Part shown: piece after piece, positions 37,290 through 52,126 of the stretch
How positions within the stretch are numbered: position 1 is the stretch's first letter
How the letters are laid out: every line of letters starts with the position of its first letter
DNA from: Nitrososphaera sp.
GTDB lineage: Archaea > Thermoproteota > Nitrososphaeria > Nitrososphaerales > Nitrososphaeraceae
Direction of reading: 5' to 3'
Assembly: GCA_029263715.1 (NCBI GenBank)
Contig: JAJUFP010000001.1
Coordinates: forward strand, 162,837 to 226,836
DNA length: 64,000 nucleotides
The notes under the pieces: model-generated
The model's input: only the letters and a program-made list of their open reading frames with translations
What the model was told of the DNA's origin: nothing
Database searches by the model: none
Position numbers and translations under genes: made by a program

Positions 37290-37616
37290 ATGCAGGATGA
37301 CTCGGCAAGGTTCAAGATAACCCAGCTTACTGACACTGGAAGCAGCGTGACTTTGGCATTGTCTGAAGACGTGGAGCTTGAAATGGTATCACAGCAGCAG
37401 ATGATGCTTGAGGCAGTGGACAGGGCCGTTGCTGACAAGGAGGTAAAGGAACAGCTAAAGCCGATACTTGAGGCATTACTCCGGTCCCAGCCGCAGACGG
37501 TGATCAAGACCTACTCGCAGACCGTCATACAGATCACCATGCCCAAGCGGCGTTATGAAAAGATAGGCAGCCCAAGGGTCGGCGAGAAGCTGACCATAGA
37601 CATCAGGAAGGTGTAG
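37290..37616 (+). CDS. Conserved hypothetical protein
   Basis: 108-aa ORF with host-like codon usage. Confidence 0.8.
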   Translation: MQDDSARFKITQLTDTGSSVTLALSEDVELEMVSQQQMMLEAVDRAVADKEVKEQLKPILEALLRSQPQTVIKTYSQTVIQITMPKRRYEKIGSPRVGEKLTIDIRKV

Positions 37617-39687
37617 CCGGCTGGCCCAGCTGCCTTGCCAGCTCTTTTTGGGCGGTTATGGGAAGCGAGCAGGTAAAGTTCCTGCACACAAAGGCAGTCT
37701 CGGCGCTTTCAGCTGATCGGCCTTTGAAGAAAGTATAGTTCTGCAACTCTTTCAAATCTTGCTCGCCTACCCCGGCCGTTATGGCGTCCGGCAGAAAGAT
37801 GCCGTTTAGCCATCGCGACATCTCGTTGCTGGATTTCGTTATGATGGTGACCTCGACTGGCTTTTTTACGTAAAGGTAAATGGCCATCAGCAGCTGGCCA
37901 AACCCAAACGGGTTTTCTGCCGCCGGTTTGGCTCCTGCCGTCATTATCCTTACAGACCTGTCCAGGTAGTCGTTGTTTTGCGTGTAGTGATACAGCCGCA
38001 GCAGGTTGGATGCGGCCATGGAATTGCCAGATGGAATGGCCAGGTCGTAAAAGTTCTTTGTGCGCACGATCAGCTTTTCGTGATCGTCGGATGTGAAGTA
38101 AAGCGTCCCCTCCTCTTCGTCCCAGAAGTGCTTGAGCACGAAATCCATGTACCGGATTGCACTGGCCAAAAGTTCTGGCTTGGAATGCACGGAAAACAGG
38201 TCCAGCAGGCCGTTTACATAGAAAGTATAGTCGTCAAGGTACGCGTTCAGCCTGGACTGGCCATCCTTAAACGTCCGCACAAGCCTGTCGCCCTGCGAAA
38301 GTCTTGTCTCTATGAATCTGACGGCGTTTAATGCTGCCTCAAGATACCTGCTGTCACCGGTCACTGCATACCCCTTTGCAAAGCCGGAGATCATCAGCCC
38401 ATTCCACGAGGTAAGGATCTTTTCGTCTCTTCCCGGCCTGATCCTTTTCTCCCTTGCCTCAAAGAGCTTGGCGGACGCGTTGGCTATCGTCTCTTCTACT
38501 TCGGCTTCGGTCCTGCCGTACCTCTGGGCAAGGTTCTTGAACGTCGACCGGACATTTAGAATGTTCTTGCCCTCAAAGTTGCCGCCGTCCGTCACGCCAT
38601 AGTACTCGCAGAAAATGTCTACTGATGAAGAGTCCAGAATCTCGCGGATCTCTTTTTTTGACCAGACGTAGAACTTGCCTTCCTCGCCTTCCGAGTCGGC
38701 ATCCTGCGCGGAGTAAAATCCGCCCTCCGGGTGGGTCATCTCGCGGACCACAAAATCTAGGGTCTTGCGCACCGTGGTCAGATGCCTTGGTTCCTTGGTG
38801 ATCTGGTACAGCTCAGCATACAGCTGCGTCAAAAGTGCGTTGTCATAAAGCATCTTTTCGAAATGCGGCACCAGCCATTTCTGGTCCGTCGAGTACCGGG
38901 CAAAGCCTCCTCCCAGCTGGTCGTGTATCCCGCCGGCGGCCATCTTGTCGGCCGTAAAGATCACAAAATCCTTGAACCGGTTGATGCCGGATATATCGTA
39001 GTATCTTAGCAGGAACATCAGGTTGGACGCGTTTGGAAACTTGGGAGCCTGCCCAAACCCGCCGTAGATGGTGTCGCCCATCTGTAGGAGACCAACGGCG
39101 GCCTCGTCCAGTATGGATCGCTCAAGGGTGGATTTTTTGCCTGGCAGGGCAACATCTCCTGCCGTCTGCACCAGGGCATCCATGAACTCCTTGCTGGCAG
39201 CAACTATCTCGTGCTTTTTGGCCTTGTATGCCTCGGACAGCTGGGTCAGGACCGTGGTAAATCCCGGCATCCCGTAGTGTTTGCCGTCCTTGGGAAAGTA
39301 CGTGCCCACGTAGAAGGGCTTTTGATCCGATGTCAGGAAAACAGAAAGCGGCCAGCCGCCGGTCCCTGTGGCCAGCTGGCATACCCGCTGGTAAATATCG
39401 TCAATGTCTGGGCGCTCCTCTCGGTCAACCTTGATGTTGATGAAGTTCTCGTTCATTATCCTGGCGGTCTGCTCATCTTCAAACGACTCGTGGGCCATGA
39501 CGTGGCACCAGTGGCATGAGCTGTAACCGATGCTGAGAAAGATGGGCTTGTCCTCCTTTCTGGCCCGCTCCAGAGCTTCTTGCCCCCACGCATACCAGTC
39601 CACTGGATTGTATGCATGCTGCAAAAGATATGGACTTGTCTCCTTTGCAAGACGGTTTGGTTTACCGAGATTAGCACGATCGTGCAT
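37603..39687 (-). CDS. Thioredoxin-domain / six-hairpin glycosidase-like protein (YyaL, DUF255)
   Basis: '[21 protein letters not shown]', '[13 protein letters not shown]', '[11 protein letters not shown]', 'DADSEGEEG'. Confidence 0.96.
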   Translation of the reverse strand: MHDRANLGKPNRLAKETSPYLLQHAYNPVDWYAWGQEALERARKEDKPIFLSIGYSSCHWCHVMAHESFEDEQTARIMNENFINIKVDREERPDIDDIYQRVCQLATGTGGWPLSVFLTSDQKPFYVGTYFPKDGKHYGMPGFTTVLTQLSEAYKAKKHEIVAASKEFMDALVQTAGDVALPGKKSTLERSILDEAAVGLLQMGDTIYGGFGQAPKFPNASNLMFLLRYYDISGINRFKDFVIFTADKMAAGGIHDQLGGGFARYSTDQKWLVPHFEKMLYDNALLTQLYAELYQITKEPRHLTTVRKTLDFVVREMTHPEGGFYSAQDADSEGEEGKFYVWSKKEIREILDSSSVDIFCEYYGVTDGGNFEGKNILNVRSTFKNLAQRYGRTEAEVEETIANASAKLFEAREKRIRPGRDEKILTSWNGLMISGFAKGYAVTGDSRYLEAALNAVRFIETRLSQGDRLVRTFKDGQSRLNAYLDDYTFYVNGLLDLFSVHSKPELLASAIRYMDFVLKHFWDEEEGTLYFTSDDHEKLIVRTKNFYDLAIPSGNSMAASNLLRLYHYTQNNDYLDRSVRIMTAGAKPAAENPFGFGQLLMAIYLYVKKPVEVTIITKSSNEMSRWLNGIFLPDAITAGVGEQDLKELQNYTFFKGRSAESAETAFVCRNFTCSLPITAQKELARQLGQPATPS

Positions 39688-40046
39688 CGAGAGGGATCTT
39701 GCCCTGACAGTATTTAGACTTTGTATTGTGCTGCGGGTCGGGCGGTTATAAATGATCCATATAAATCATGATGCAAAAAGGAGAATTTGAGCAAAGACTT
39801 TATTAACAAGCTTTGCCAAGCTTAAGGTAACACTAAATCCGGCAAGAGCATTGGGCTGTATTGATGTGTTGTCTCACGTTTTACGCTCGTTGAAAAGATT
39901 TATATCGCTGGGCTGTAAAGGTTAGTGACGAACGTAACATCAAGGCGGCGTCAGTGATGATGTTGGTGTTGTGCCATTTTGTGATTCACTGACCTCCAGT
40001 TGCGCTCATAACATGGGGATCCGATGTCAACATTGGATCCGACATA

Positions 40047-41662
<1,616 letters not shown>

Positions 41663-41720
41663 AAGTATGCAATCCCTCATGTGAATGCGGGATGAAGGAC
41701 GCAGCAGACGCTGTCTGCGA

Positions 41721-44940
<3,220 letters not shown>

Positions 44941-44990
44941 ACCGTTTTTCATTTTTCCTCAAGCATTAAATCAGGCACCTAGAGGATACC

Positions 44991-45971
44991 TTGGATATGT
45001 CTATTGTTTGCATGTCTCACAAGGAAGATGTTGATGGCCTGTCATCCGCCGCGCTTGTCAAGGCGGCATTTAAAGCCGATCAAACAATACTTTCTGATTA
45101 CCCGTCCCTCATACCAAAACTTGAGCGCCTGTCTGAGAATAATGTGGACAAGCTGTTCATCTGCGACCTCGGACTATCAAAAAGGAACGAGGAAAGGTTT
45201 GTCCAGCTGCTGTCAAAAATGGCCTCTGCCGGGACAGAGATAACGTACATCGATCACCATGACATTGGCAAGGCGATCCTGCAGGCGCTTAGAAAGGCCG
45301 GCGTCAAAGTAATCCACACAATAAACGAATGCACCAGCGCGCAGGTCTATAGAAAATACCGTGACCGCCTTCCAGAAAATGCAGCCTTTCTTGCCGCCAT
45401 GGGCGCGCTGACCGATTACATGGAGCGAAAGCCCTTTGCCTCAAAGGTGGTCTCGCGCTACGACCGGCAATTCTTGATGCTTGAGGCCGGCGCCCTGTCC
45501 TACATGATCTCGTCTAGCCAGAAGGACGAAGACTTCCTTGTTCGGATGGTCGACTCCCTTGCCAGGATGAAGTACCCTCATGAAATCAAGGGCGGTTTTG
45601 AATTGGCCAAAAAATACGCCAAAAAAGTATCCGAAGCAGTAGAAACCATACAGCAATCCATAATCAAGCTTGATAACCTGGCCCACGCGCAGAGCACAGT
45701 GGACCTGTCCTCAAGCATGGTGGTCAACTTTGTTCTTGGCTCATCGGGCAAGCCGGCAGCGATGGTGTACAAGCTTAAAAACGGCCTTGACTCGTACGTG
45801 GTGTCTATCCGTGGGTCCAAGGACTGCAAAGTGCACCTTGGCAGGATCGTAAACGAGATTGCATCAGGCATCGGTGGAAGCGGCGGCGGCCACGACAAGG
45901 CCTGTGGAGCCGTGGTTCCAAAGAACCATCTCGATGAATTCGTCCGCCTGCTTGACAGCCGGATTTCCTAG
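44991..45971 (+). CDS. DHH/DHHA1 family phosphoesterase
   Basis: 'SHKEDVDG', 'ICDLG', 'YIDHHD', 'GGGHDKACGA'. Confidence 0.93.
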   Translation: MDMSIVCMSHKEDVDGLSSAALVKAAFKADQTILSDYPSLIPKLERLSENNVDKLFICDLGLSKRNEERFVQLLSKMASAGTEITYIDHHDIGKAILQALRKAGVKVIHTINECTSAQVYRKYRDRLPENAAFLAAMGALTDYMERKPFASKVVSRYDRQFLMLEAGALSYMISSSQKDEDFLVRMVDSLARMKYPHEIKGGFELAKKYAKKVSEAVETIQQSIIKLDNLAHAQSTVDLSSSMVVNFVLGSSGKPAAMVYKLKNGLDSYVVSIRGSKDCKVHLGRIVNEIASGIGGSGGGHDKACGAVVPKNHLDEFVRLLDSRIS

Positions 45972-46423
45972 ATCTCTGCTATGAACTCTACTTCGACTGC
46001 GCTGTCCAGCGGAAGGCTGTTCACTCCTACGGCTGCCCGCGCATGCCTGCCTTTCTCTTCAAATACCTGGACCAGAAAATCAGAGGCGCCGTTGATGACC
46101 TTGGGCTGATCGCTAAACGTTGGATCGCAGCTGACAAAACCGGTTACCTTGACAAACCTCTTGATCCTGTCAAGGCTTCCAAGCGCGGACTTTAGCTGTG
46201 CCAGCGCGTTTATCGTGCAAAGCCTGGCTGCCTGCTGGCCTGCCTCCACAGACAGGTCTTTACCCACCTTGCCTCTGAACTTGACCTGCCCGGCTTCCAT
46301 GGGGATCTGTCCTGCAACAAAGGCCAGGTTGCCGCTGACAACGACGGGCACATAAGAGCCAGCGGGGGCGGGGGGAGACGGAAGCGTGATTCCAAGCTGG
46401 GAAAGGGTGTCTTCTACTGTCAT
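45968..46423 (-). CDS. RidA/YjgF family protein
   Basis: 'PAGSYVPVV', 'AGQIP', 'HARAAVGVNSLPL...VEVE'. Confidence 0.94.
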   Translation of the reverse strand: MTVEDTLSQLGITLPSPPAPAGSYVPVVVSGNLAFVAGQIPMEAGQVKFRGKVGKDLSVEAGQQAARLCTINALAQLKSALGSLDRIKRFVKVTGFVSCDPTFSDQPKVINGASDFLVQVFEEKGRHARAAVGVNSLPLDSAVEVEFIAEI

Positions 46424-46510
46424 GGCCGGTATGAAGCAAGGATGTCGTTATGTACCTTACTCAAAAAAGCGAATATTTTTAAAAAGCATCTGATCCAATT
46501 ATGGCAGAGT

Positions 46511-46762
46511 ATGTGCGCGCACCAAGAAAAGTCGCAAGGTGGCTACCATCTTACTACTGTGGCTGCCTCGATTCTGGTCATGGGGATATCCCTTGCCATA
46601 ATATTCCTTCTCTGGATGTGGTTTGGATACATCGGTCCAAAATTCTCCGATGAGGTGATGCTAGAGCAGCAGGAAACCCTGCGCGAGCAGTATGGACTTC
46701 CGCCTCTTGAACAGATAACGCCAGAAGAAGCCCAGATCCCACCTTCCCTAAGGGGCAAGTAG
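46511..46762 (+). CDS. Small single-TM protein
   Basis: One TM helix followed by 'GPKFSDEV..EQQ..LREQYGLPP'. Confidence 0.75.
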   Translation: MCAHQEKSQGGYHLTTVAASILVMGISLAIIFLLWMWFGYIGPKFSDEVMLEQQETLREQYGLPPLEQITPEEAQIPPSLRGK

Positions 46763-46918
46763 CTACAGCAGATCCTCGTCAATAGTTTGTATCCTGTCAA
46801 CGTACTGGGAACAGTCGCAACCCGGTACAAGACACTTGCCTACCCGCAGAAGGGAGTCTATCCGCGATTCATCAAATTCATGAACCTGGTGGGCGTGGTG
46901 ACATCTGATGCAGATCAA
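46763..46918 (-). CDS. Small Cys/His Zn-binding protein
   Basis: TTG start: MICIRCHHAHQVH...GKCLVPGCDCSQYVD...DEDLL. Confidence 0.7.
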   Translation of the reverse strand: MICIRCHHAHQVHEFDESRIDSLLRVGKCLVPGCDCSQYVDRIQTIDEDLL

Positions 46919-47001
46919 GACATGGGGACATTGCAGAACTGTAAGATAAATGCTGTGAAACAAAAGATTATACGCCAATTCGTTTTCACGCGGTTACATT
47001 C

Positions 47002-48345
47002 ATGAAGTATGACGACTACCTAAAAAAATATGAACGCAAGACCGGCAAGTCAAGACGCCTGTACTCCAGGTCTGCTGATATTTTCCCCGGCGGGATCAGT
47101 CATAACATAAGATACTTTGAGCCCTACCCCTTCTACGTCAACTCTGCGAAGGGAAAGTACCTTCGTGATGTTGATGGTAACCGTTATACCGATTACTGGA
47201 TGGGCCACTGGGCCCTGATACTTGGGCATTCTCCGGCCGTTGTCTCGTCGGCCCTTGCCCGGCAGGTGAGAAATGGTACGCTTTATGGCGTCGTAAACGA
47301 TGTCAGCGTCAAGCTTGGCGAGGCCATCCAAAAGTTCATGCCCCGTGCCGAGATGATGCGGTTCTGCAGCACCGGCTCTGAGGCCACAATGTATGCTGTC
47401 CGGCTTGCCCGGGCCAAGACCGGTAGGCGTGTCATAGCAAAGGCGATAGGCGGCTGGCACGGCTTTAACACCACGCTGATGCAGACCGTGAACTACCCCT
47501 ACGAGGTGGAAGAAGGCCCCGGCCTTGTACAGGACGAGGGCCAGTACGTCGAATCCCTGCAGTTCAACGATCTGGAATCATCGCTTAAGGTGCTTGAGAC
47601 GATAAAAGACGACCTTGCCTGCATAATCATTGAACCTGTTCTGGGCGGGGCAGGATGCATACCGCCGGTGGCCGGCTACCTTCAGGGTCTGCAGGAATTT
47701 GCAAAAAAGAACGACGTGCTGTTCATACTGGATGAAATAGTCACCGGCTTTAGGCTTTCTCCAAATGGTGCGGCAAGCGTATACGGCCTTGAGCCGGACC
47801 TGTTCACTCTGGGCAAGATCTGCGGAGGCGGCCTTCCAATCGGCGTTGTCTGCGGAAGCAAGGAGCTCATGTCCCTTGCCGACCCGGTCCAAAGGCCAGA
47901 CAAGGAAGCCCGGTGCGCGATAGGCGGCGGAACGTTCTCGGCAAACCCGGTCACCATGACTGCCGGTCTGGCCACCCTGGACTTTTTAAAGAAGAACAAG
48001 GGCAGCATCTACCCCAAGATCAGCCGGCTTGGCGAGATGGCCCGAAACGGCCTGTCCAAGATCTTTTCAGACGCCAAGATTCCGTGCAGGGTAACGGGCA
48101 CACACTCGGTGTTCCTGACCCACTTTGTGAGCGATGACAGGTCCATAGCCAATGCAACGGATGTGGCAACCTCTGACAAGAAAAAGCTGATTCAGTACCA
48201 TATGGCGCTGATGGCAGAGCACGGCATGTTCTTCCTGCCAACAAAGATGGGGGCCGTTTCGTACGTTCATGAAGAGTCAGACATAAAGAAACTACTCTCC
48301 GCCACCCAGGACATAGTGGACTCGGGCCTGTTCAAGCAAACCTGA
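47002..48345 (+). CDS. hemL: Glutamate-1-semialdehyde 2,1-aminomutase (class III aminotransferase)
   Basis: 'DVDGNRYTDY', 'STGSEATMYA.RLAR', 'FILDEIVTGFR', 'GKICGGGLPIG', 'GTFSANP'. Confidence 0.88.
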   Translation: MKYDDYLKKYERKTGKSRRLYSRSADIFPGGISHNIRYFEPYPFYVNSAKGKYLRDVDGNRYTDYWMGHWALILGHSPAVVSSALARQVRNGTLYGVVNDVSVKLGEAIQKFMPRAEMMRFCSTGSEATMYAVRLARAKTGRRVIAKAIGGWHGFNTTLMQTVNYPYEVEEGPGLVQDEGQYVESLQFNDLESSLKVLETIKDDLACIIIEPVLGGAGCIPPVAGYLQGLQEFAKKNDVLFILDEIVTGFRLSPNGAASVYGLEPDLFTLGKICGGGLPIGVVCGSKELMSLADPVQRPDKEARCAIGGGTFSANPVTMTAGLATLDFLKKNKGSIYPKISRLGEMARNGLSKIFSDAKIPCRVTGTHSVFLTHFVSDDRSIANATDVATSDKKKLIQYHMALMAEHGMFFLPTKMGAVSYVHEESDIKKLLSATQDIVDSGLFKQT

Positions 48346-49237
48346 CAAGGCTCTTTAGGACCGTGTTTCTTGGTGGCTCCCCAAGCCAATTTCCAGCAAA
48401 AGAGCCGCGGACGGACTTGAGCTTGCATTCAAAGACGATGATATTTGCCCTGAGACTGGACTTGTTGTCCTTGAACACACTCCGTTCTATTCCTAGCATT
48501 TTCACAACTTTGGCATCGATTCCCACAGATTCAAGGTGTGCTCTGATGGCTGATTTGTAGTCCTTGCCCCTGTCGACTGCAACCAGTGGTATTGTCCATG
48601 ACCTGCCAAACCTAACAAAAAGCGTCTTGCTGTCCTTTCTTACCATGGCAGCTGCTGCCTTCAAGACAAACTGGCCGGCAGCCATCCTCTTGAATTCGGC
48701 CATCTGCGACTTGGTGATGCGAATTGTTTTTCTTCCTGACGGGATCTTGCCGGCAAGCTTCCAGTAGTTGCCGCGGGTGTAAATCAGGGGCTTTCTGCTT
48801 TCATCAAACCTAGCCCTTAGCACCTCTCCTATCACCATAACGTGGTCGCCGACCTTGCTGATGGACTTGACTTTGCACTCGGCATCAAGGACGCAACCCT
48901 CTATCATGGGCACGTCGATTCTCTTGGCCCGGTACGTCTTGAAGGTGCCGGGGATCTCTAGCTTTTGGATCTCTGTGCCAGAGTATCCGCCGGCTACGTT
49001 GACCAGCCCTGACTGCCCGTCCGAGGAGATGTTGACTCCAAACACTCTTGTCTCCTTTATGTTCCAGAGGGTGGGCGAGTCATGGACGAAAACAGCCACA
49101 AGCATGGGGTCGTACGAGACCTGCATGGTCCATTCTGCGGCCATGACGTTTGGCCCATGCCTGCCGTTAGTGGTGATGAGGCCCACAGTTGTAGCAAAAT
49201 GCCGGTGGACATTTTCCTGTATCTCTGAGCCGACCAT
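48332..49237 (-). CDS. Flavin reductase-like protein with C-terminal NUDIX-like domain
   Basis: 'NVMAAEWTMQVS.DP', 'GDH..VIGEV', 'PLIY..G.Y'; extra C-terminal domain. Confidence 0.88.
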   Translation of the reverse strand: MVGSEIQENVHRHFATTVGLITTNGRHGPNVMAAEWTMQVSYDPMLVAVFVHDSPTLWNIKETRVFGVNISSDGQSGLVNVAGGYSGTEIQKLEIPGTFKTYRAKRIDVPMIEGCVLDAECKVKSISKVGDHVMVIGEVLRARFDESRKPLIYTRGNYWKLAGKIPSGRKTIRITKSQMAEFKRMAAGQFVLKAAAAMVRKDSKTLFVRFGRSWTIPLVAVDRGKDYKSAIRAHLESVGIDAKVVKMLGIERSVFKDNKSSLRANIIVFECKLKSVRGSFAGNWLGEPPRNTVLKSLVRFA

Positions 49238-49289
49238 TGTTCTGGCATGGTACGTCTGCCTAAATATAATCAACGGTCGCGGCCTAAAC

Positions 49290-50339
49290 GGTTCTGTAAA
49301 ATCTTCAGATCATCACTGCCTCGCATGAACAGCTAACGTGACATTTCCCTAGAGAGATACTCTATGCGAAATTAAGCATCACACTACCTATTTTGATAAT
49401 TAGTGTATATCCCTGAGCCGATCTGTTGCACCTTTAGAATGAGCCAAAGATGTTACAGAACCCAACGGATGAAGAATTGAAAGTACATACCAAATAGAAC
49501 CTTATGAGAATACCGTCTTTCTGGATCACGCCCGCGCCGGCCTTATCGGTCGATCTTCTTTGGCCTCCTAGGGTAAGGCCTTAACTCTTATGAAGTCGAA
49601 TATCGTAGACCTGAATGGATATGCCTGAGCAACAAGCCTCTGATCAAAATAAAAAAATTGTGGAAGCATCTGATTCCGCAACAACGATACCGTTGGCAAA
49701 TCCCTTCCTTTATGTTCCTAAGATCATGTTTTTCACAAAAGGAAAAGGGATCCATAAAGATCATCTTACCAGTTTTGAGCTAGCGTTACGCGATGCACAA
49801 ATCTCAGACCTGAATCTAGTGAGTGTTTCCAGTATAAAGCCTCCTGGCTGCAAGATAGTTAGTATTCAGGAAGGAAGGAAGCATCTTGTGCCGGGACAAA
49901 TAGTATTTGCCATTACGGCGCGTTCGTCCACAAATGAACCCAACAGGTTAATTGCAGCATCAATTGGCCTTGCAAGGCCTGTCGATGATGCGAGCCATCA
50001 TGGTTATCTGTCTGAGCATCATAGTACTGGAGAAACCGCTCAGAAAGCAGGAGATTACGCGGAAGATATGGCCATGGAAATGCTTGCAACGACACTCGGC
50101 TTGCCTGACGATCCTAGCCTTACATGGGATCAGAGAGAAGAACAGTGGAAGCTGTCGGGCAAGATTTACAGAACACAAAACTTTACGCAGTCAGCAGAAG
50201 GAAACAAGGATGGCCTTTGGACAACGGTTCTAAGTGCAGCCGTCTTAATACTCTAGACACTGGTGATTCTCCGTCGTATAGGAAATGTCATCTTAGCTGT
50301 TCATGCGAGGCAGTGATGATCTGAAGATTTTACAGAACC
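49290..50339. mobile_element. Non-autonomous transposon-like cassette: 59-bp terminal inverted repeats (IS6-like ends), 8-bp target duplication, pdaD passenger
   Basis: 49290-49336 is the exact reverse complement of 50293-50339 (47 bp). After 2 mismatches, a further 10 bp match (49339-48 / 50281-90). Flanks gcctaaac / acctaaac. No transposase inside. Confidence 0.85.
49615..50256 (+). CDS. pdaD: Pyruvoyl-dependent arginine decarboxylase
   Basis: 'LTSFELALRDA.I...NLV.VSSI.PP' (S-S self-cleavage site), 'NEPNRLIAASIG', 'GYLSEHH', 'WTTVLSAAV'. Confidence 0.95.
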   Translation: MDMPEQQASDQNKKIVEASDSATTIPLANPFLYVPKIMFFTKGKGIHKDHLTSFELALRDAQISDLNLVSVSSIKPPGCKIVSIQEGRKHLVPGQIVFAITARSSTNEPNRLIAASIGLARPVDDASHHGYLSEHHSTGETAQKAGDYAEDMAMEMLATTLGLPDDPSLTWDQREEQWKLSGKIYRTQNFTQSAEGNKDGLWTTVLSAAVLIL

Positions 50340-50388
50340 ACCTAAACCAACATTTAAAAAGCGGAAGAAAACCATCCTACGAACGTAT

Positions 50389-50547
50389 ATGGCTGCGCGT
50401 AAGAACACGTCGCGCAAGAAGCGACTGATGAAGAAGACAAAGCAGAACCAGCCGGTTCCTGCATGGATAATCATCAGGACTCATCGCAAGGTAAGAACCA
50501 ATCCAAAGCGGAGGCTTTGGCGCGCGTCAGACGTAAATGTTGGTTAA
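50389..50547 (+). CDS. rpl39e: 50S ribosomal protein L39e
   Basis: MAARKNTSRKKRLMKKTKQNQPVPAWIIIRTHRKVRTNPKRRLWR...; missed by the ORF track. Confidence 0.96.
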   Translation: MAARKNTSRKKRLMKKTKQNQPVPAWIIIRTHRKVRTNPKRRLWRASDVNVG

Positions 50548-50557
50548 GTGATAAAAA

Positions 50558-50917
50558 ATGTCAGAAGAAAGTCTATCCCGTGTTTACACTATAAACCTTG
50601 GAAGGGCCTGGCTCACTCCAGAGTACAGGAGGACCGACCGGGTGGTCAACATGATCAAAGAGTTCGCAGAGAAGCACATGAAGAGCAGCGAGATCAAGCT
50701 CGACCAGGACCTCAACAGGCAGGTCTGGAGCAGGGGCAAGACCAATCCGCCGCGCAAAGTCCGCGTCAAAATGGTCAAAGACGAGGACGATGTCGTGACT
50801 GTCTCGTTGTATGAAGAACCAGAGACAACCGTCAGTACGACTCCGGCTATCGAAAGCAAACCCGCTGAAGAAAGCAAGCCGGCAGAAACGACTGAAAAGA
50901 CCGAAGAAAGTAAATGA
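50558..50917 (+). CDS. rpl31e: 50S ribosomal protein L31e
   Basis: 'RVYTINLG', 'IKEFAEKHMK', 'LDQDLNRQVWSRG..NPPRKVRV'. Confidence 0.97.
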   Translation: MSEESLSRVYTINLGRAWLTPEYRRTDRVVNMIKEFAEKHMKSSEIKLDQDLNRQVWSRGKTNPPRKVRVKMVKDEDDVVTVSLYEEPETTVSTTPAIESKPAEESKPAETTEKTEESK

Positions 50918-51106
50918 GAGCAAGCACTCATTATTTGCAAAAACATGCCGGCATTTTATCATTTTTGATAAGTCGGCTTGACAAAGGTTCTTTAGTTACA
51001 GGAATACTTGAAGGTCGAACCGTTCAAAAGAACGAAGCGGATAATCGACATAATTGAGGAATAACTATATGAGATTCGCATAGGAATAATCTAAAGACTC
51101 TAAAAT

Positions 51107-51964
51107 ATGTCCAATGATGATGTATACGTACTAGAAGATGTATTTACCCACGATCCCTTAGAATGGATTTCTTTGAGTAGATACGGTGAGCCAGCTATAT
51201 CGGAAGCATACCATGATTACAAGCATTATTTTCGCTACTTGGTTGAGACGTGGCGAAGGTTGCAAGAAGATTACGCCAGATTGGGTTCCTATGCCAAGAA
51301 ACTTGATCAATCGATGGATGCTGGCATAGAAAACGATGATGGAGCCATTCAAGAATACTTCCGAACCGTGCTTCTTGTTCAGATGGATACCGAAAGTTTC
51401 ATTATGTTTTCTAATAGGTTCATGGATAAGGCCGGCAAATTCATAGAGCGAATAATTAAGTCTAATGACGACAAGACGGTTGGTAACACCTTTGGAAAAC
51501 ATAAGGATTTCTTTATCGCGCCAAACAACCATCACTACAATCCTGCTTATTCACAATTTCTAAAGGACAACACTGCATGGTATGGACAATTGTCTGCCAT
51601 GCGCGACAAGTTGATAGAACATGGTGCAAGGAGTTTTAACAACGCCCTTCTCACATCGCCAAAAAAAGGTAGAATATACGTACTAAAGAACCATTCCTTT
51701 TTCCGTGTTACTCCAGAGGATGGATCAACGCTATCTGAAATAAAGAAAAACTATGAAGGCAAATATCCTGAGCTTGTTAAGGTTGTTGATAATGCATGGG
51801 AAATATTAAGATGTATCATGGAGAATAATATTGAATTAAACAGCAAAGATACAAAAAAAGTAATGGAAATAAACACAAGGATGGGCGGCTTGCTAGATGC
51901 ACCTGGCATTGCGAGAAACATCAAACATTTCCTTGAAGAGGTTGCTAGGATGGTGGGTTCTTAA
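51107..51964 (+). CDS. HEPN-like (Cthe_2314-type) helical protein
   Basis: All-helical; 'ESFIMFSNRFMDK' and 'MRDKLIEH' (Rx5H); AT-rich. Confidence 0.6.
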   Translation: MSNDDVYVLEDVFTHDPLEWISLSRYGEPAISEAYHDYKHYFRYLVETWRRLQEDYARLGSYAKKLDQSMDAGIENDDGAIQEYFRTVLLVQMDTESFIMFSNRFMDKAGKFIERIIKSNDDKTVGNTFGKHKDFFIAPNNHHYNPAYSQFLKDNTAWYGQLSAMRDKLIEHGARSFNNALLTSPKKGRIYVLKNHSFFRVTPEDGSTLSEIKKNYEGKYPELVKVVDNAWEILRCIMENNIELNSKDTKKVMEINTRMGGLLDAPGIARNIKHFLEEVARMVGS

Positions 51965-52126
51965 GTCCATAAAACTAAGATTATGGAAAATTACAAGATA
52001 TCAGCGCATCAATGTCGTTGAACGAAAACATTCTCACCTGAAATATAGTTGATGCTAATTTACACAACTGTACAAAAATCTTGAACTTTGTTATTACAAA
52101 AATAGGAGGGGTTGAACCTCCAACCC

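Noticed and set aside
39950-39993. GTGATGA...CTGA upstream of 16S as a C/D sRNA
   Set aside because: gtcagtga/tcactgac simply forms a hairpin in the rRNA 5' leader.
49305-49320. Box C (GTGATGA) and box D (CTGA) inside the TIR as a C/D sRNA
   Set aside because: The boxes are adjacent with no guide regions; they are better explained as part of the inverted repeat.
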